Notes: generated by a model from the sequence alone, not told the origin. A DNA stretch of 64,000 nt from a candidate division FCPU426 bacterium (GCA_030637655.1 DAOWGI010000090.1:1-64000); one strand, 5' to 3'. Shown: positions 38,081-48,162, counted from the first letter of the stretch. Made by a program: numbers and translations.

Positions 38081-38109
38081 TTAGACAGAGTTTTCACCTT
38101 TTCCTTTCA
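38081..38109 (-). promoter_or_regulatory. Putative ECF-like promoter (TGAAAGGAAA-N13-GTCTAA)
   Basis: Fourth copy of the motif. Confidence 0.5.
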
Positions 38110-38181
38110 TTTTTTTATCCAAACATTCAAACTCCGGCACCAATCATTATTTACCAATCATCATTTTATTACTGTTGCTGA

Positions 38182-39291
38182 TCACTCCATCCGCAAATCG
38201 TAGCTTGTGCTTCGGCCGCGACCTGAGCGCAGTTTGATCAGCTTCTTTTCCAGCAGTTCGTTGATCTCCCTGAAAGCCGTGGCGCGGCTGGTCTTGGTCA
38301 TGGCGGCGTACTTGCGCGTGGTCAGTCCGCCCTCGAACCCCTTGGGCTCCTGGTCGAACAGTTTGTTGAGTACTTTACGCTGTCTGGCGTTGATATCCAG
38401 ATTATCATGCCTACTCCAGAACTTAACCTTGGTCCACACCGTCTCCAAGTTTTTGGCGCCGTCCTGCATCGCCTCCAGCAGCGTCTTCAGGAACCATGCC
38501 AGCCAAGGCGTCACGTTGAGACCGTTCTTCCCTGTTCTTTCGAGTATTTCGTAATAGGCCTTGCGATTCCTGAAAATCGCCTGAGAGAGGGAGTAGAAAC
38601 GCTGTCCGGCGTCCTCGTCCTGGGCCAGCGCCGTGTCCGCCAAAGTCCGGGCGATCCTGCCGTTGCCATCGGCGAAGGGGTGGATCTGTACAAAATAGAG
38701 ATGCGCCAAGCCTGCCCGGATCAACCCGTCCACGCTTCCCCGGCTCTCTCTCCACCATTTGAAGAGCCCCGCCATCTCTCGGTAAACGTCTTTTGCCGCC
38801 GGTGCTTCATAGTGCACCTTTTCCTTGCCGATTGGGCCTGAAACTACATAGACCGGCCCTGAGCGCCATTTTCCCACGTCGATCTTGGTTACACCTGAGA
38901 ATCCCAAAGGGAATAATCCGGCCTGCCAACCGAACAGCCGCACATCAGTCAGCGGCTCCTCGTAGCGGGTCGTGGCGTCCAAGAGCATTTCCACCACGCC
39001 GTCAGCCTTGCGGTCGTGGATGTCCTTGACGCCCAGATCGATCCCGAGACGCCTGAACACCGAGGATCGCAGAGCTTCTATATCGAGCTTCTCACCCTCG
39101 ATGGCCGAGGTTTGCAGGGCTTCTTCGACCAGAACGTGACCGCGCGAGGTCTCTTTCTCTCTCAAACCGAGGATAACCAGCTGGCCCTTCAAGAATCCCT
39201 GAGCTTGCCGGCAGGAACTCAGGAGAGACGACAGGGCCTGCCAATCCCACCTGAACTTCGGCCAGGCAGCGGCTTGCCAAATGTACTTCAT
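38182..39291 (-). CDS. Fic family protein (DUF4172-type N-terminus, C-terminal HTH)
   Basis: HPFADGNGRIAR Fic motif; MKYIWQ...WPKFRWD start; visibly GC-richer than its neighbours. Confidence 0.93.
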   Translation of the reverse strand: MKYIWQAAAWPKFRWDWQALSSLLSSCRQAQGFLKGQLVILGLREKETSRGHVLVEEALQTSAIEGEKLDIEALRSSVFRRLGIDLGVKDIHDRKADGVVEMLLDATTRYEEPLTDVRLFGWQAGLFPLGFSGVTKIDVGKWRSGPVYVVSGPIGKEKVHYEAPAAKDVYREMAGLFKWWRESRGSVDGLIRAGLAHLYFVQIHPFADGNGRIARTLADTALAQDEDAGQRFYSLSQAIFRNRKAYYEILERTGKNGLNVTPWLAWFLKTLLEAMQDGAKNLETVWTKVKFWSRHDNLDINARQRKVLNKLFDQEPKGFEGGLTTRKYAAMTKTSRATAFREINELLEKKLIKLRSGRGRSTSYDLRME

Positions 39292-39317
39292 CGCTTCTCC
39301 TATTCACTTCAATATGC

Positions 39318-39390
39318 GAAGCGATTGATGGTGTTAATCGCTTCAGCTAATTGCTTCATTTTTAAGGCGATTATAGCACTTAATCGCTTC
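39318..39390. promoter_or_regulatory. Putative operator repeats upstream of fic (GAAGCGATT-N9-AATCGCTTC, two pairs)
   Basis: Several (A)ATCGCTTC half-sites seen directly between 39290 and 39390. Confidence 0.55.
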
Positions 39391-39529
39391 ATGGTCAATA
39401 GGCCTTTGTAGACTTCAAAAGTAAGAGCATTGGTGGCTGGCACTGTCTCCAGAATACAACTTTAATTATTTTCTCAAGTCGCTAAGTAAACTCCTGCATT
39501 TTCCCCAATTCGTTAACTGATCATTTTAA

Positions 39530-39823
39530 CTACTGGAGTTCCCCCATCTCAAGGACGCCGCTCCCTTGAACTACCGGGACGTACGGACACCATACTTGAT
39601 TTTTCCTAAATCGAATTAAGTATGGTGTCCCCGGAACTCCCCCGGAACTCCCAGAGTAATATGCTTGCACGGTTGCCCATTTATACCCTGATTGTGTAAA
39701 AGACATTTTTGCCGTTTTATAATCATCCTCGGCGATCTTGAGTTCTTTGGAAGCGAGCGTTTTCCCACGCGAAAACTCCATAATCTTGTTTTTGCTTATG
39801 CACTCTTTAAAGCCGGCATTCAT
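39530..39823 (-). pseudogene. Truncated HEPN-domain protein
   Basis: KELKIAEDDYKTAK...YKWATVQAYYS is a HEPN-type N-half; similarity ends at a palindromic insert (about 39586-39652); ATGA overlap with the MNT gene. Confidence 0.7.
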
Positions 39824-40359
39824 TTATTCGCCTCCCAAAGCACCAGTCCGCGGGATAGCTCTTCAAAATATTCCCGGTCCTTTTTCTCCATCTCAACGAA
39901 AGCCAAAGGTGATTTAAAAACAAGCTGAACTTTTTTCTTCAGACCAATCCGTCCGGCGATTTTTCCAGCATCATCCAGGGCATTGCTTATTATTAGTAAA
40001 TCAATATCACTAGCCGAGGTATCCTCGCCGCGCGCACAACTTCCATATAGAATTATTTTTTCACAAACGGTTTTCAATTTGTTGACCAGCGGCTGGAGTA
40101 TAAGCAGGTTTTGCATGACTTTTAATTGCTTGATCAACGGCTGGTTGGTCGTTTTAACGGAATAAAGATAAATTTTCGCCTTTTTCTCGCGAATAATTAA
40201 CTTCTCATCCGCCAGCTTCCTTAAAGTCGTGTTGATTCCTGCTTTGCTGATTTTCGTACCCGCTTGTATTTCATTAGCTGTAAATTGTTTTATTGGTTCC
40301 CGGATTATAAAGTCCAATACCTTTTGCGGATTGGTCGCAACCACTATTTCGTTAAGCAT
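39820..40359 (-). CDS. HTH + minimal nucleotidyltransferase (MNT antitoxin-like)
   Basis: LYGSCARGEDTSASDIDLLII motif; N-terminal winged HTH. Confidence 0.88.
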   Translation of the reverse strand: MLNEIVVATNPQKVLDFIIREPIKQFTANEIQAGTKISKAGINTTLRKLADEKLIIREKKAKIYLYSVKTTNQPLIKQLKVMQNLLILQPLVNKLKTVCEKIILYGSCARGEDTSASDIDLLIISNALDDAGKIAGRIGLKKKVQLVFKSPLAFVEMEKKDREYFEELSRGLVLWEANK

Positions 40360-40371
40360 GCATTCCCCGCC

Positions 40372-40448
40372 AGTCTAATATATTATACGTACATCTATTT
40401 ATTTAGACGTATGTATAATATATTAGACTTAAATAAATTTAGTGTCAA
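40372..40448 (-). promoter_or_regulatory. Sigma70-type promoter (TTGACA-N17-TAATAT) overlapped by a long inverted repeat (40372-40429)
   Basis: Seen directly upstream of the MNT gene; layout typical of an autoregulated TA operon. Confidence 0.65.
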
Positions 40449-40575
40449 GCAGTTTAAAAATATCCGGGAGGACTTTCACTAAATGTCAACCAAATAGACC
40501 TGGCTCTTTTTCGTGGGCAGATTGCCGAGAGAGAGAGAGAAACGAAGTCCTACCCTGAGATGTGAATGGTTTTTA

Positions 40576-41325
40576 TCAATCGAATTTTTCCTGGTCTTCC
40601 GACGTGCCCGCCCCTCTGGAATCATAGTCATAAATTTCCAGACCAGCATAGTACCAGGGAAACATATCACGCCGCAGTTTGGCGCGCCAGGTTTTATTCT
40701 GTGATTTGCGCTTGAGGTTGTAAAAAACAATGCCTTCCGCGAAAATCATTTCTTTGGTTTCCGACTTTTTGGATAATTTGGTAAAAAAGCGGGAAAAAAG
40801 ATGTTCTTTAAACCAATTGCTCCAATTTTCCAAGGTCCGGGCGTGTTCCTGAAAGGATCGATAGCAAAGGTCCGCGACGGCTTTTTCAAAAGGATACCAT
40901 AGGTGGTTCGCCAGGCGATAGGGATTACCCTGGACCTTGGGGCCGATAAGTTCCCCGGCCTGTTCCCCGGTCTCCTGGACATAGCCTTTTTGGGCTGCTT
41001 GCCAGATCCCATCCAAAATATAAGTTTTTCCTTTGATGATTTGAAGCGGATCAATTGGATTCAGGCGGTTTTGTAAAGCAATCAGCCGTCCCCTGTCGGT
41101 TTCAAGCTTGATGTTAGTTCCGTTCAGCTTTTCGACGGCAAAGGTTTCCTCGTCTTCAAAAACCCATTCATAACCCGGATTGACTTGATTGACGACCAGG
41201 TAAACTTCAGGATGTTTTAAACTATATTTGCGCCCGATGTCGGCATGCTGCGTTTGATTGACTTTGAATGTTTGCCGAATAAAAGGGCAATACAATTTCG
41301 GGAAATCTGTTAACCGGATAGTCAA
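40576..41325 (-). CDS. ATP-dependent RNA ligase-like nucleotidyltransferase
   Basis: Motif I EKLNGTN, GELIGPKVQGNP, EGIVF, AKLRR. Confidence 0.75.
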   Translation of the reverse strand: MTIRLTDFPKLYCPFIRQTFKVNQTQHADIGRKYSLKHPEVYLVVNQVNPGYEWVFEDEETFAVEKLNGTNIKLETDRGRLIALQNRLNPIDPLQIIKGKTYILDGIWQAAQKGYVQETGEQAGELIGPKVQGNPYRLANHLWYPFEKAVADLCYRSFQEHARTLENWSNWFKEHLFSRFFTKLSKKSETKEMIFAEGIVFYNLKRKSQNKTWRAKLRRDMFPWYYAGLEIYDYDSRGAGTSEDQEKFD

Positions 41326-41344
41326 CGGAAAAGGCTCCTAATTG

Positions 41345-41560
41345 GTAACATGTCAGTGAACTGCGGTTAAACAAAGGTTGTCATTCCCCGACCGGGAAAA
41401 TATCGAAAAGGGACGCTAACGCAGCCCCGACCGGTAAAGATATATAGGGACGTCTTTCGACAGCCCGAAGGTTTAATCGGGAATCTGGTTTTTTAAACCG
41501 TATCCCCGATAAGAGCATTCGGGGATGACAAACAAAAAAAACGCTCCACTGACCTGTTAC
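41345..41560. mobile_element. MITE-like element, copy 2, with two nested ~39-bp inserts
   Basis: Same TIRs and core as 25778-25952. Confidence 0.75.
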
Positions 41561-41592
41561 ATCTCTCTTTTGATTTTATTGGATACGCTCTT

Positions 41593-42090
41593 TTAACGAT
41601 AATTCACAAATTGCACATGTATGTTCAATTCAGCCTCCGGGATTTTTTGCTGGATCAATTGCAGATCATCCAACACCTTACCTGAGATGCGAACCTGATC
41701 TCCCTGAATCGCGGCCTGTACTTTAATTTTTAAATTTTTTACCAGCTTCACGATCTCGCGCGCTTTTTCAATCGGAATTCCGGTCTGGAGTTGATATACC
41801 TGCCTGGCACTCCCGCCGGAGGAAACTTCAATCTTATCCCGGGTAATGGCGGCTAAAGGAATTTGCCGTTTGGCCATCCGCATTTCCAGAATATCGGCCA
41901 GTGATTTCAGACGAAACTCACTCTCTGCTGTAAGGGTTAAATTCATTTTATTCTGATCGAACTCAATATTTACGGTTGCGCCTTTAAAATCATACCGTTG
42001 ACTGGTTTCACTCATGGTTTGTTGAACCGCATTCACAACTTCTTGTTTGTCCAGCTTACATACCACATCAAAAGAGTGTTCTTTAGCCAT
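41593..42090 (-). CDS. yajQ: YajQ family nucleotide/c-di-GMP-binding protein
   Basis: SFDVV...EVVNAV...RYDFKG, KVQAAIQGDQVRISGK, QFVNYR. Confidence 0.93.
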   Translation of the reverse strand: MAKEHSFDVVCKLDKQEVVNAVQQTMSETSQRYDFKGATVNIEFDQNKMNLTLTAESEFRLKSLADILEMRMAKRQIPLAAITRDKIEVSSGGSARQVYQLQTGIPIEKAREIVKLVKNLKIKVQAAIQGDQVRISGKVLDDLQLIQQKIPEAELNIHVQFVNYR

Positions 42091-42107
42091 TTGCTTCTCC
42101 CCCAATT

Positions 42108-42183
42108 GTAGGGACGATCCTTGCTTGTACCCGTATTTTGGGTATGATCGCCCGTTGAGGGCGAATACAAGATTCGCCCCTAC
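42108..42183. repeat. Intergenic REP doublet with nested 24-bp element
   Basis: gtagggacgatc...gatcgccc / gggcgaatacaagattcgcccctac. Confidence 0.75.
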
Positions 42184-42189
42184 AAAAAA

Positions 42190-42999
42190 TTATTCAATTT
42201 CCATTTCCGGTTTCAAAATTGGTTCCGGTCTTTCAAACACCACTTCTTTGCATACTTCGCCGACCTTGCCCAAGGGCGGCTGCAACGCACCATTAAAATA
42301 GACTTCAATCCCTCCGGCATTACCAGTCCACAGCACAAAACGTTCCTGGGCTGACCACCTGCGCTCCTGACCGGGATTTAGCGTAATGTCCGGTTCCTGG
42401 CGGCCGTCAGCCATGATCGTGACCCAGGTTTTTTCTTTACCCCGGATTTCAAGCGTCATTGGCTCATTCGGTCCCGGCACACGCGCCCTATGGACATCTT
42501 CAAAACCCAGCGCCATGTTATCTGAGACCACCACTGCGTGACTGGTGACCGGTTCCTCCGGCGCATTGGGCCATAATAGGAATAACCCAGCGCCGGCACC
42601 TGCCAAAAGTAACATCACCAGCAACGGCACCCAGACGCTCTGATTGTTTTTCTGTTCTTTCTCATTACTGCTCTCAACAGGTATTTCTTCTGCCGTCTGG
42701 TCATCCCGGGAACCACGGTATTGTCGGATCAGGCTTTCATCATCCAGCTCTAAATACTTGGCATATGCGCGCAAGAATCCTTGAATGTATGTCTCACACG
42801 GCATCGCGTCGTAACTGCCCTCTTCCAATGCTTCTAAATATTTTTTCCCTATCTTGGTGTGCTCGGACACCTCGACCAAGGAAATCCCTCTCGCTTTTCT
42901 CTGATTCCGAAGTTGTTCTCCAATACTAATTGTTGTTTCCTGTTTTTGATTGGTCATTGCTTGTTCCTCGCTATTGGTCGGTTGTGTTATTTCCGTCAT
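42190..42999 (-). CDS. rodZ: RodZ-like protein (HTH, TM, DUF4115-like)
   Basis: IGEQLRNQR...YLEALEEG...YIQGFLRAYAKYL, TM, GNAGGIEV. Confidence 0.85.
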   Translation of the reverse strand: MTEITQPTNSEEQAMTNQKQETTISIGEQLRNQRKARGISLVEVSEHTKIGKKYLEALEEGSYDAMPCETYIQGFLRAYAKYLELDDESLIRQYRGSRDDQTAEEIPVESSNEKEQKNNQSVWVPLLVMLLLAGAGAGLFLLWPNAPEEPVTSHAVVVSDNMALGFEDVHRARVPGPNEPMTLEIRGKEKTWVTIMADGRQEPDITLNPGQERRWSAQERFVLWTGNAGGIEVYFNGALQPPLGKVGEVCKEVVFERPEPILKPEMEIE

Positions 43000-43051
43000 G
43001 GCTATTACTGCCTTTGCCGGTAATATGCATTATTTACATATTTCAATTGTT

Positions 43052-43113
43052 GTAGGGAACGGTCGTCCGTCTTTGTCAAACAGACTGCGCCGGGACAGGC
43101 GACCGTTCCCTAC
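43052..43113. repeat. Intergenic REP (same as 2335-2362) interrupted centrally by a ~34-bp insert
   Basis: gtagggaacggtcg[...]gcgaccgttccctac. Confidence 0.75.
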
Positions 43114-43123
43114 GAACTAAACT

Positions 43124-43891
43124 TCAAAACATCTGTATTACTTCTGCGTCTTTGGGCGGTTCAAACCGGAAGGTTGATGTTGGTACGCCTTTTTCCGGTT
43201 CCCGCACCAGTTCTTCCAGGGTATGAATTTCCACCTCGCTAAATTCAACCCGAACCTGCCGGACTGCCTGGACCACCACTCGCACAGGTAATAAATTTTT
43301 TCCTTGTACCCACAATTTCACTTGTGTAAATTCCAACTGGGTACCGATATTGGGAACCAGGATATAGCCTGATACACCTGGCATGTTTTTTTCTACCGCA
43401 AACCGCTTTACTTCACACTGTTTGACCAAAGCCGGAAGGCCGCCGCCTAATTCCAGAAAAAAATCATTCGCATTACCAGCTGGAGGCAATGACTGGATCT
43501 GTACCTGGTTGATCTTTTCCAAATACAACCATCGCTTGTTCCCGTCTGAAACCAGACGCTGACGCTCTGGTTGTTCGTACTGTACTGCATACTGTCGGCC
43601 GGTAGTTAGCCACATTTTACCTTGCGCAGTAAAATCCTCACCATTCTTGCCGGCACCGGTAATAATGAGGGCAAATTTTGCGGTCAAATCACCAATTCCT
43701 TGTTGCGCTTCCATTAATTCCTTTCCAGCCGCACTTTGCTTTATAATGACCGGTTTGGCAGCAACCGGTTGTGCTGCCAATGACGTGGCGCTGGTAATAG
43801 GCGTGGAAGCCACAGTGGGCCGGCGTGCCGCGCTGGTAATCAATACCGCGCAGCAGAGTATGATAAGACCTAACATGGTATTTCGCATCAT
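43124..43891 (-). CDS. LolA-like outer membrane lipoprotein carrier protein
   Basis: YEQPERQRLVSDGNKRWLY...QV, FRFEPPKDAEVI; directly after ftsK. Confidence 0.75.
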   Translation of the reverse strand: MMRNTMLGLIILCCAVLITSAARRPTVASTPITSATSLAAQPVAAKPVIIKQSAAGKELMEAQQGIGDLTAKFALIITGAGKNGEDFTAQGKMWLTTGRQYAVQYEQPERQRLVSDGNKRWLYLEKINQVQIQSLPPAGNANDFFLELGGGLPALVKQCEVKRFAVEKNMPGVSGYILVPNIGTQLEFTQVKLWVQGKNLLPVRVVVQAVRQVRVEFSEVEIHTLEELVREPEKGVPTSTFRFEPPKDAEVIQMF

Positions 43892-46359
43892 TTTTCCTCC
43901 TGCATTTCCCCGGCGCTAACACCTGCCTCTTCGGGTTCAACGAGTACCTGGCGCGGCTTGCTTCCCTCCGGAGGACCTACAATCCCTTTTTCCTCCATCA
44001 AATCCAAAATCCGGGCTGCCCGGGAATACCCAACCTTTAGACGCCGTTGCAGCATAGAAGTGCTCGCTTGTTTGGCTCGAATGACCCAACCAACAGCCTG
44101 TTCAAATAACTTGTCCTCATCGCCATTTACCTCTGCTGAAATTCCGGCAGCTTTAAGCTTTTCTCCGGAAAAAGAAGGATCAAATACCGGGGTCCCTTGC
44201 TTTTTCCAGAATTTTACAATACTGTCCACTTCTTTGGTAGTAATAAATACGCCCTGCACTCGAAGTGGCTTGGTGGCCGAAGCAGGAGCATAGAGCATGT
44301 CCCCGCGACCCAGCAGCGCGTCCGCTCCATTGGCATCTAAAATGGTTCTCGAATCCACTTTGGAGGATACTTGAAAAGCAATGCGTGATGGAAAATTCGC
44401 TTTGATCACTCCAGTAATAACATCCACCGAAGGACGCTGGGTTGCCAATACCATATGTATTCCCACGCCGCGAGCCATTTGAGCCAATCGTGTAATGGTA
44501 TTTTCCACCTCATTGGCCGAGACCATCATCATATCTGCCAATTCATCAATAAAAATCACGACCAGAGGCATATGTGGAGGAATATCATTTACCGCCAACA
44601 AAAGTTCTTTCTCGTTTTCCGCGGCTTCGGCCTCAGCCCGTAATTCATCGATACGCTCATTGTACGAGGCAATATTCCGCACTCCCATTTTTGCGAATTT
44701 ATTATATCGTTCTTCCATCTCACGGACCATTAATTTCAAGGCCACCGCAGCTTCACGGCTGTCGGTAATCACCGGACTCTGCAAATGCGGAATCCCGTTG
44801 TACACGGTTAATTCCACCCGTTTGGGATCAATCATAAGAAATTTTACCTGATGCGGTGTCACGCGGTAAAGCAGACTGCTGATAATTGAATTGATACAGG
44901 CACTTTTTCCTGATCCGGTGGCACCGGCAATCAAGAGATGCGGCATATTCTCCAACTGTGCCAGAATATGCTCGCCCCCAATATCTTTGCCCACTGCAAA
45001 GGTCAATAAAGAATCAGCCTGCTGAAACGCTTCCTGGGCAATGAGCTCTTTTAACACCACAATCTGTTTTTCCTTATTCGGCATTTCAATACCCACCGCG
45101 CCTTTGCCCGGAATAGGCGCCTCAATGCGCACGTGCGCCGCTTTCATGGCCAGGGCAATGTCGTCTGCCAAAGAGAGAATGCTATTGACCTTTACCCCGG
45201 GCGACGGTTGTAATTCATACCGCGTCACCACTGGTCCTGGACAGACTTCCACCACTTTGGCAGCCACGCCAAATTGACCAAGCGCGTTTTCCAAGGTCTG
45301 GCTCATGTCCTCAAAATATTTTTTTGAAAGATTCGCCGGCACCTGGGGATCTGTCAAGAGATTTAAGCTCGGCAAAGTATACGAGCGTTGATCCCGCTCC
45401 GCAGTAGCCGAAGATTCCAAATCCGCTGTCGTGTCACTATTAGAGTTCACGCTTAAGGCTGGTGGTTTCGCGCTCTCCGGCGTCCGGCTTTTTTCAGTGG
45501 TTGCGGCCATGGGGGGCATGGATATCGGAGGCGGAGTACTAATTTTTATTTTGGGACGTTCTTCCAGTGTATTGCCGGCCTGAGGAGTAACTACGGTTTT
45601 GTTATTTTTTCCGCTCAACGATGCCGTTTTCACCTCAGGTCGTTTGGCGGCATAATTAAAATTTATTGTTGACGCATTACAGGTTGAATGAATGGCATTT
45701 TGTATACGTTCCTTGATTCGTTTGATTAAGGCCGCCAGATAGGGTTCGACTTCCAGGAAATACAGAGAGATGATAAAAACCGTTCCACATACAATATACG
45801 TTCCAACCGTGGAAATGATGGTCACCAGCACAGCAGCCAGGGCATGCGCAATCAAGCCACCGGCCGGAATGCCCAGGGTTCCCCACAAGCGCAAGGATTT
45901 GGGAATTTGGGCCCAAAATTCGGAAGCACCTTGCCAGGAATAAAACGATTTCACCATTTGAAAAGCAATTGGTTCCGGATGAACCAACTCAATTAAAACA
46001 GTCAGGGTGATAAGCGCCAACACCAGACCCAGCATTTTAAACGGCCGACGTTCAATCTCGTGTCCGGCGAATTTTAGCCAGCCGTAAAAAATAGTGATGA
46101 TCGGCAAAAAATAAACCAACACCCCCAGCACCGCAAACCCGGTTCTGAAAAATATTTCACCAGCCGGACCCAGCGCATTGTTCTCTACCGAATGCGGCCA
46201 ACACGCTACCAACATAAAAAGACTTAACGCCCACCAAGCGATCCCCTTGATCTCATTGCTTCGCCGACCGCTGAATATTTCCCACAAAGTCAAACCGTCT
46301 TTTTTGGAGCTGGTTTTACCACGCCCCTTTTTTCGTGCTTTCGCAAATAAAGTTACCAT
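43888..46359 (-). CDS. ftsK: DNA translocase FtsK
   Basis: N-terminal TMs, PHLLIAGATGSGKS, DELADMM, ATQRPSVDVITG, gamma domain LQRRLKVGYSRAAR. Confidence 0.97.
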   Translation of the reverse strand: MVTLFAKARKKGRGKTSSKKDGLTLWEIFSGRRSNEIKGIAWWALSLFMLVACWPHSVENNALGPAGEIFFRTGFAVLGVLVYFLPIITIFYGWLKFAGHEIERRPFKMLGLVLALITLTVLIELVHPEPIAFQMVKSFYSWQGASEFWAQIPKSLRLWGTLGIPAGGLIAHALAAVLVTIISTVGTYIVCGTVFIISLYFLEVEPYLAALIKRIKERIQNAIHSTCNASTINFNYAAKRPEVKTASLSGKNNKTVVTPQAGNTLEERPKIKISTPPPISMPPMAATTEKSRTPESAKPPALSVNSNSDTTADLESSATAERDQRSYTLPSLNLLTDPQVPANLSKKYFEDMSQTLENALGQFGVAAKVVEVCPGPVVTRYELQPSPGVKVNSILSLADDIALAMKAAHVRIEAPIPGKGAVGIEMPNKEKQIVVLKELIAQEAFQQADSLLTFAVGKDIGGEHILAQLENMPHLLIAGATGSGKSACINSIISSLLYRVTPHQVKFLMIDPKRVELTVYNGIPHLQSPVITDSREAAVALKLMVREMEERYNKFAKMGVRNIASYNERIDELRAEAEAAENEKELLLAVNDIPPHMPLVVIFIDELADMMMVSANEVENTITRLAQMARGVGIHMVLATQRPSVDVITGVIKANFPSRIAFQVSSKVDSRTILDANGADALLGRGDMLYAPASATKPLRVQGVFITTKEVDSIVKFWKKQGTPVFDPSFSGEKLKAAGISAEVNGDEDKLFEQAVGWVIRAKQASTSMLQRRLKVGYSRAARILDLMEEKGIVGPPEGSKPRQVLVEPEEAGVSAGEMQEEK

Positions 46360-46392
46360 TCGTTTTTATTACTCCACACCTTTTTTTATACC

Positions 46393-48087
46393 CTATATTT
46401 CCATAACTACCGGAATAATCATGGGAAAACGCATCAAGGTTTTTTTAAAATACCGTTTGAGCGCCCTTCGAATCGTATCTTGCAAGACTGAAGCATCCGT
46501 GAGACCGACCAGCGTTTCATGCTCCAATACGGTTTTCAATTCCGCCACCGCGCCTTCAACCAAGCGGGTGGTTTTCGCGGCATCCGCAATGCCCCGCGCA
46601 ATTAAATCCGGACCATTAACCACTTCACCGGTTTGTCGGTCCAGGCCCAAAATCGCGATCACCATGCCGTCTTGCGCCAGATGTTGCCGATCACGTAAAA
46701 CCACATGTCCCACATCACCGACACCCTTGCCATCCACCAGCACATTGCCGGCAACGACCTTGCCTATTTTCCGTAACCCCTGGGTTGTGAGTTCAAGCTG
46801 CTCGCCATTATGCAAAACAAAAACATTTTCTGCGGCCAGGCCCAGTTCTTTCGCCAGTTCAGCGTGACGCACCAGATGTCGGGTTTCACCATGAATCGGC
46901 ATAAAATACCGGGGACGAACAATGTTGTGCAGCACTTTCAGTTCTTCCCGAGCAGCATGCCCTGAAACATGGATTTCACTCACACGTTCGTAATGCACAT
47001 GGCAACCCAGCTGAAATAAATGATTGATCATATTTCCGATTCGCCGTTCATTCCCGGGAATGGTACGGGCTGAAATAATCACGGTATCTCCAGGTTGCAA
47101 ACACAAATCCGCGTTTTCTGCTACTGCTGCCCGGGCCAAGGCGGACTTGGGTTCCCCTTGACTTCCGGTGGTCATCACCACTGTTTTTTCCGCCGGCAAG
47201 CGCGTCATATCGTTCCAGCGCAACCATAGATTCTCCGGAATTTTCAGATATTCCAATTCCCGGGCAGTGCGCATATTTTTTACCATACTCATGCCCACAA
47301 CACCCAGTTTCCTGCCAAAGTGCGTTGTTGTATTCACCACTTGTTGAAAGCGATGCACATTGCTGGAAAAACACGCAATCACCACACGGCCCTTGGCCTC
47401 GCGCATAATTTCTTCAAAAGCCACTCCCACTTCACGTTCTGAGAGTGTGTACCCTTCCCGTTCCACATTGGTTGAATCAGCCAACAAAAGATTCACACCC
47501 CGTTGACCCAATTCCCCAAACTTGCCTAAATCCGTAAGCTGACCATCCACCGGGGTAGGGTCCAGTTTGAAATCACCGGAGTGAACAATTAAACCGGCCG
47601 GCGTGGTTATCCCAAGTCCAATCCCATCCACAATGGAATGTGTAACCCGGATAAACTCGAGTTTAAAACAACCCATATCCAATGTTTCAGTGGCATTAAT
47701 TTCATGCAACTCAGTCCGCGAAAGCAGATCATGCTCTTCCAGTTTATTCCGGACAATCCCCAAGGTCATTCGGGTTCCATAAATTGGCAAAGACAGCTGG
47801 CGCAAAATAAAGGGTAAGGCACCCACATGATCTTCATGTCCGTGGGTCAGCACAATTCCCAGTATCCGTTCCCGGTTGTCCAGCAGATAGGTAATATCAG
47901 GAATGATAAAATCAATACCAGGTTGATCTTCGGTTGGAAAAGCCAAGCCGGCATCAATAACTATTATGTGACCTTCACATTCCAAGGCCAGCATATTTTT
48001 GCCAATTTCACCCAACCCACCCAAAGGTGTTAAGATGCAACGTGTTTTTTTCATACCACCTGGACCATTTCTGCTTTTTTTGCCCAA
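46393..48087 (-). CDS. rnj: Ribonuclease J (start may be ATG 48054)
   Basis: PLGGLGEIGKNM, THGHEDHVGA, HVSGHA. Confidence 0.96.
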   Translation of the reverse strand: MGKKSRNGPGGMKKTRCILTPLGGLGEIGKNMLALECEGHIIVIDAGLAFPTEDQPGIDFIIPDITYLLDNRERILGIVLTHGHEDHVGALPFILRQLSLPIYGTRMTLGIVRNKLEEHDLLSRTELHEINATETLDMGCFKLEFIRVTHSIVDGIGLGITTPAGLIVHSGDFKLDPTPVDGQLTDLGKFGELGQRGVNLLLADSTNVEREGYTLSEREVGVAFEEIMREAKGRVVIACFSSNVHRFQQVVNTTTHFGRKLGVVGMSMVKNMRTARELEYLKIPENLWLRWNDMTRLPAEKTVVMTTGSQGEPKSALARAAVAENADLCLQPGDTVIISARTIPGNERRIGNMINHLFQLGCHVHYERVSEIHVSGHAAREELKVLHNIVRPRYFMPIHGETRHLVRHAELAKELGLAAENVFVLHNGEQLELTTQGLRKIGKVVAGNVLVDGKGVGDVGHVVLRDRQHLAQDGMVIAILGLDRQTGEVVNGPDLIARGIADAAKTTRLVEGAVAELKTVLEHETLVGLTDASVLQDTIRRALKRYFKKTLMRFPMIIPVVMEI

Positions 48088-48162
48088 AAACCAACAAAGG
48101 GATGATTTTTTGATATTATAACAAACCGCGGGTATCCCGCCAATGAAAAAACACGGTTACCC

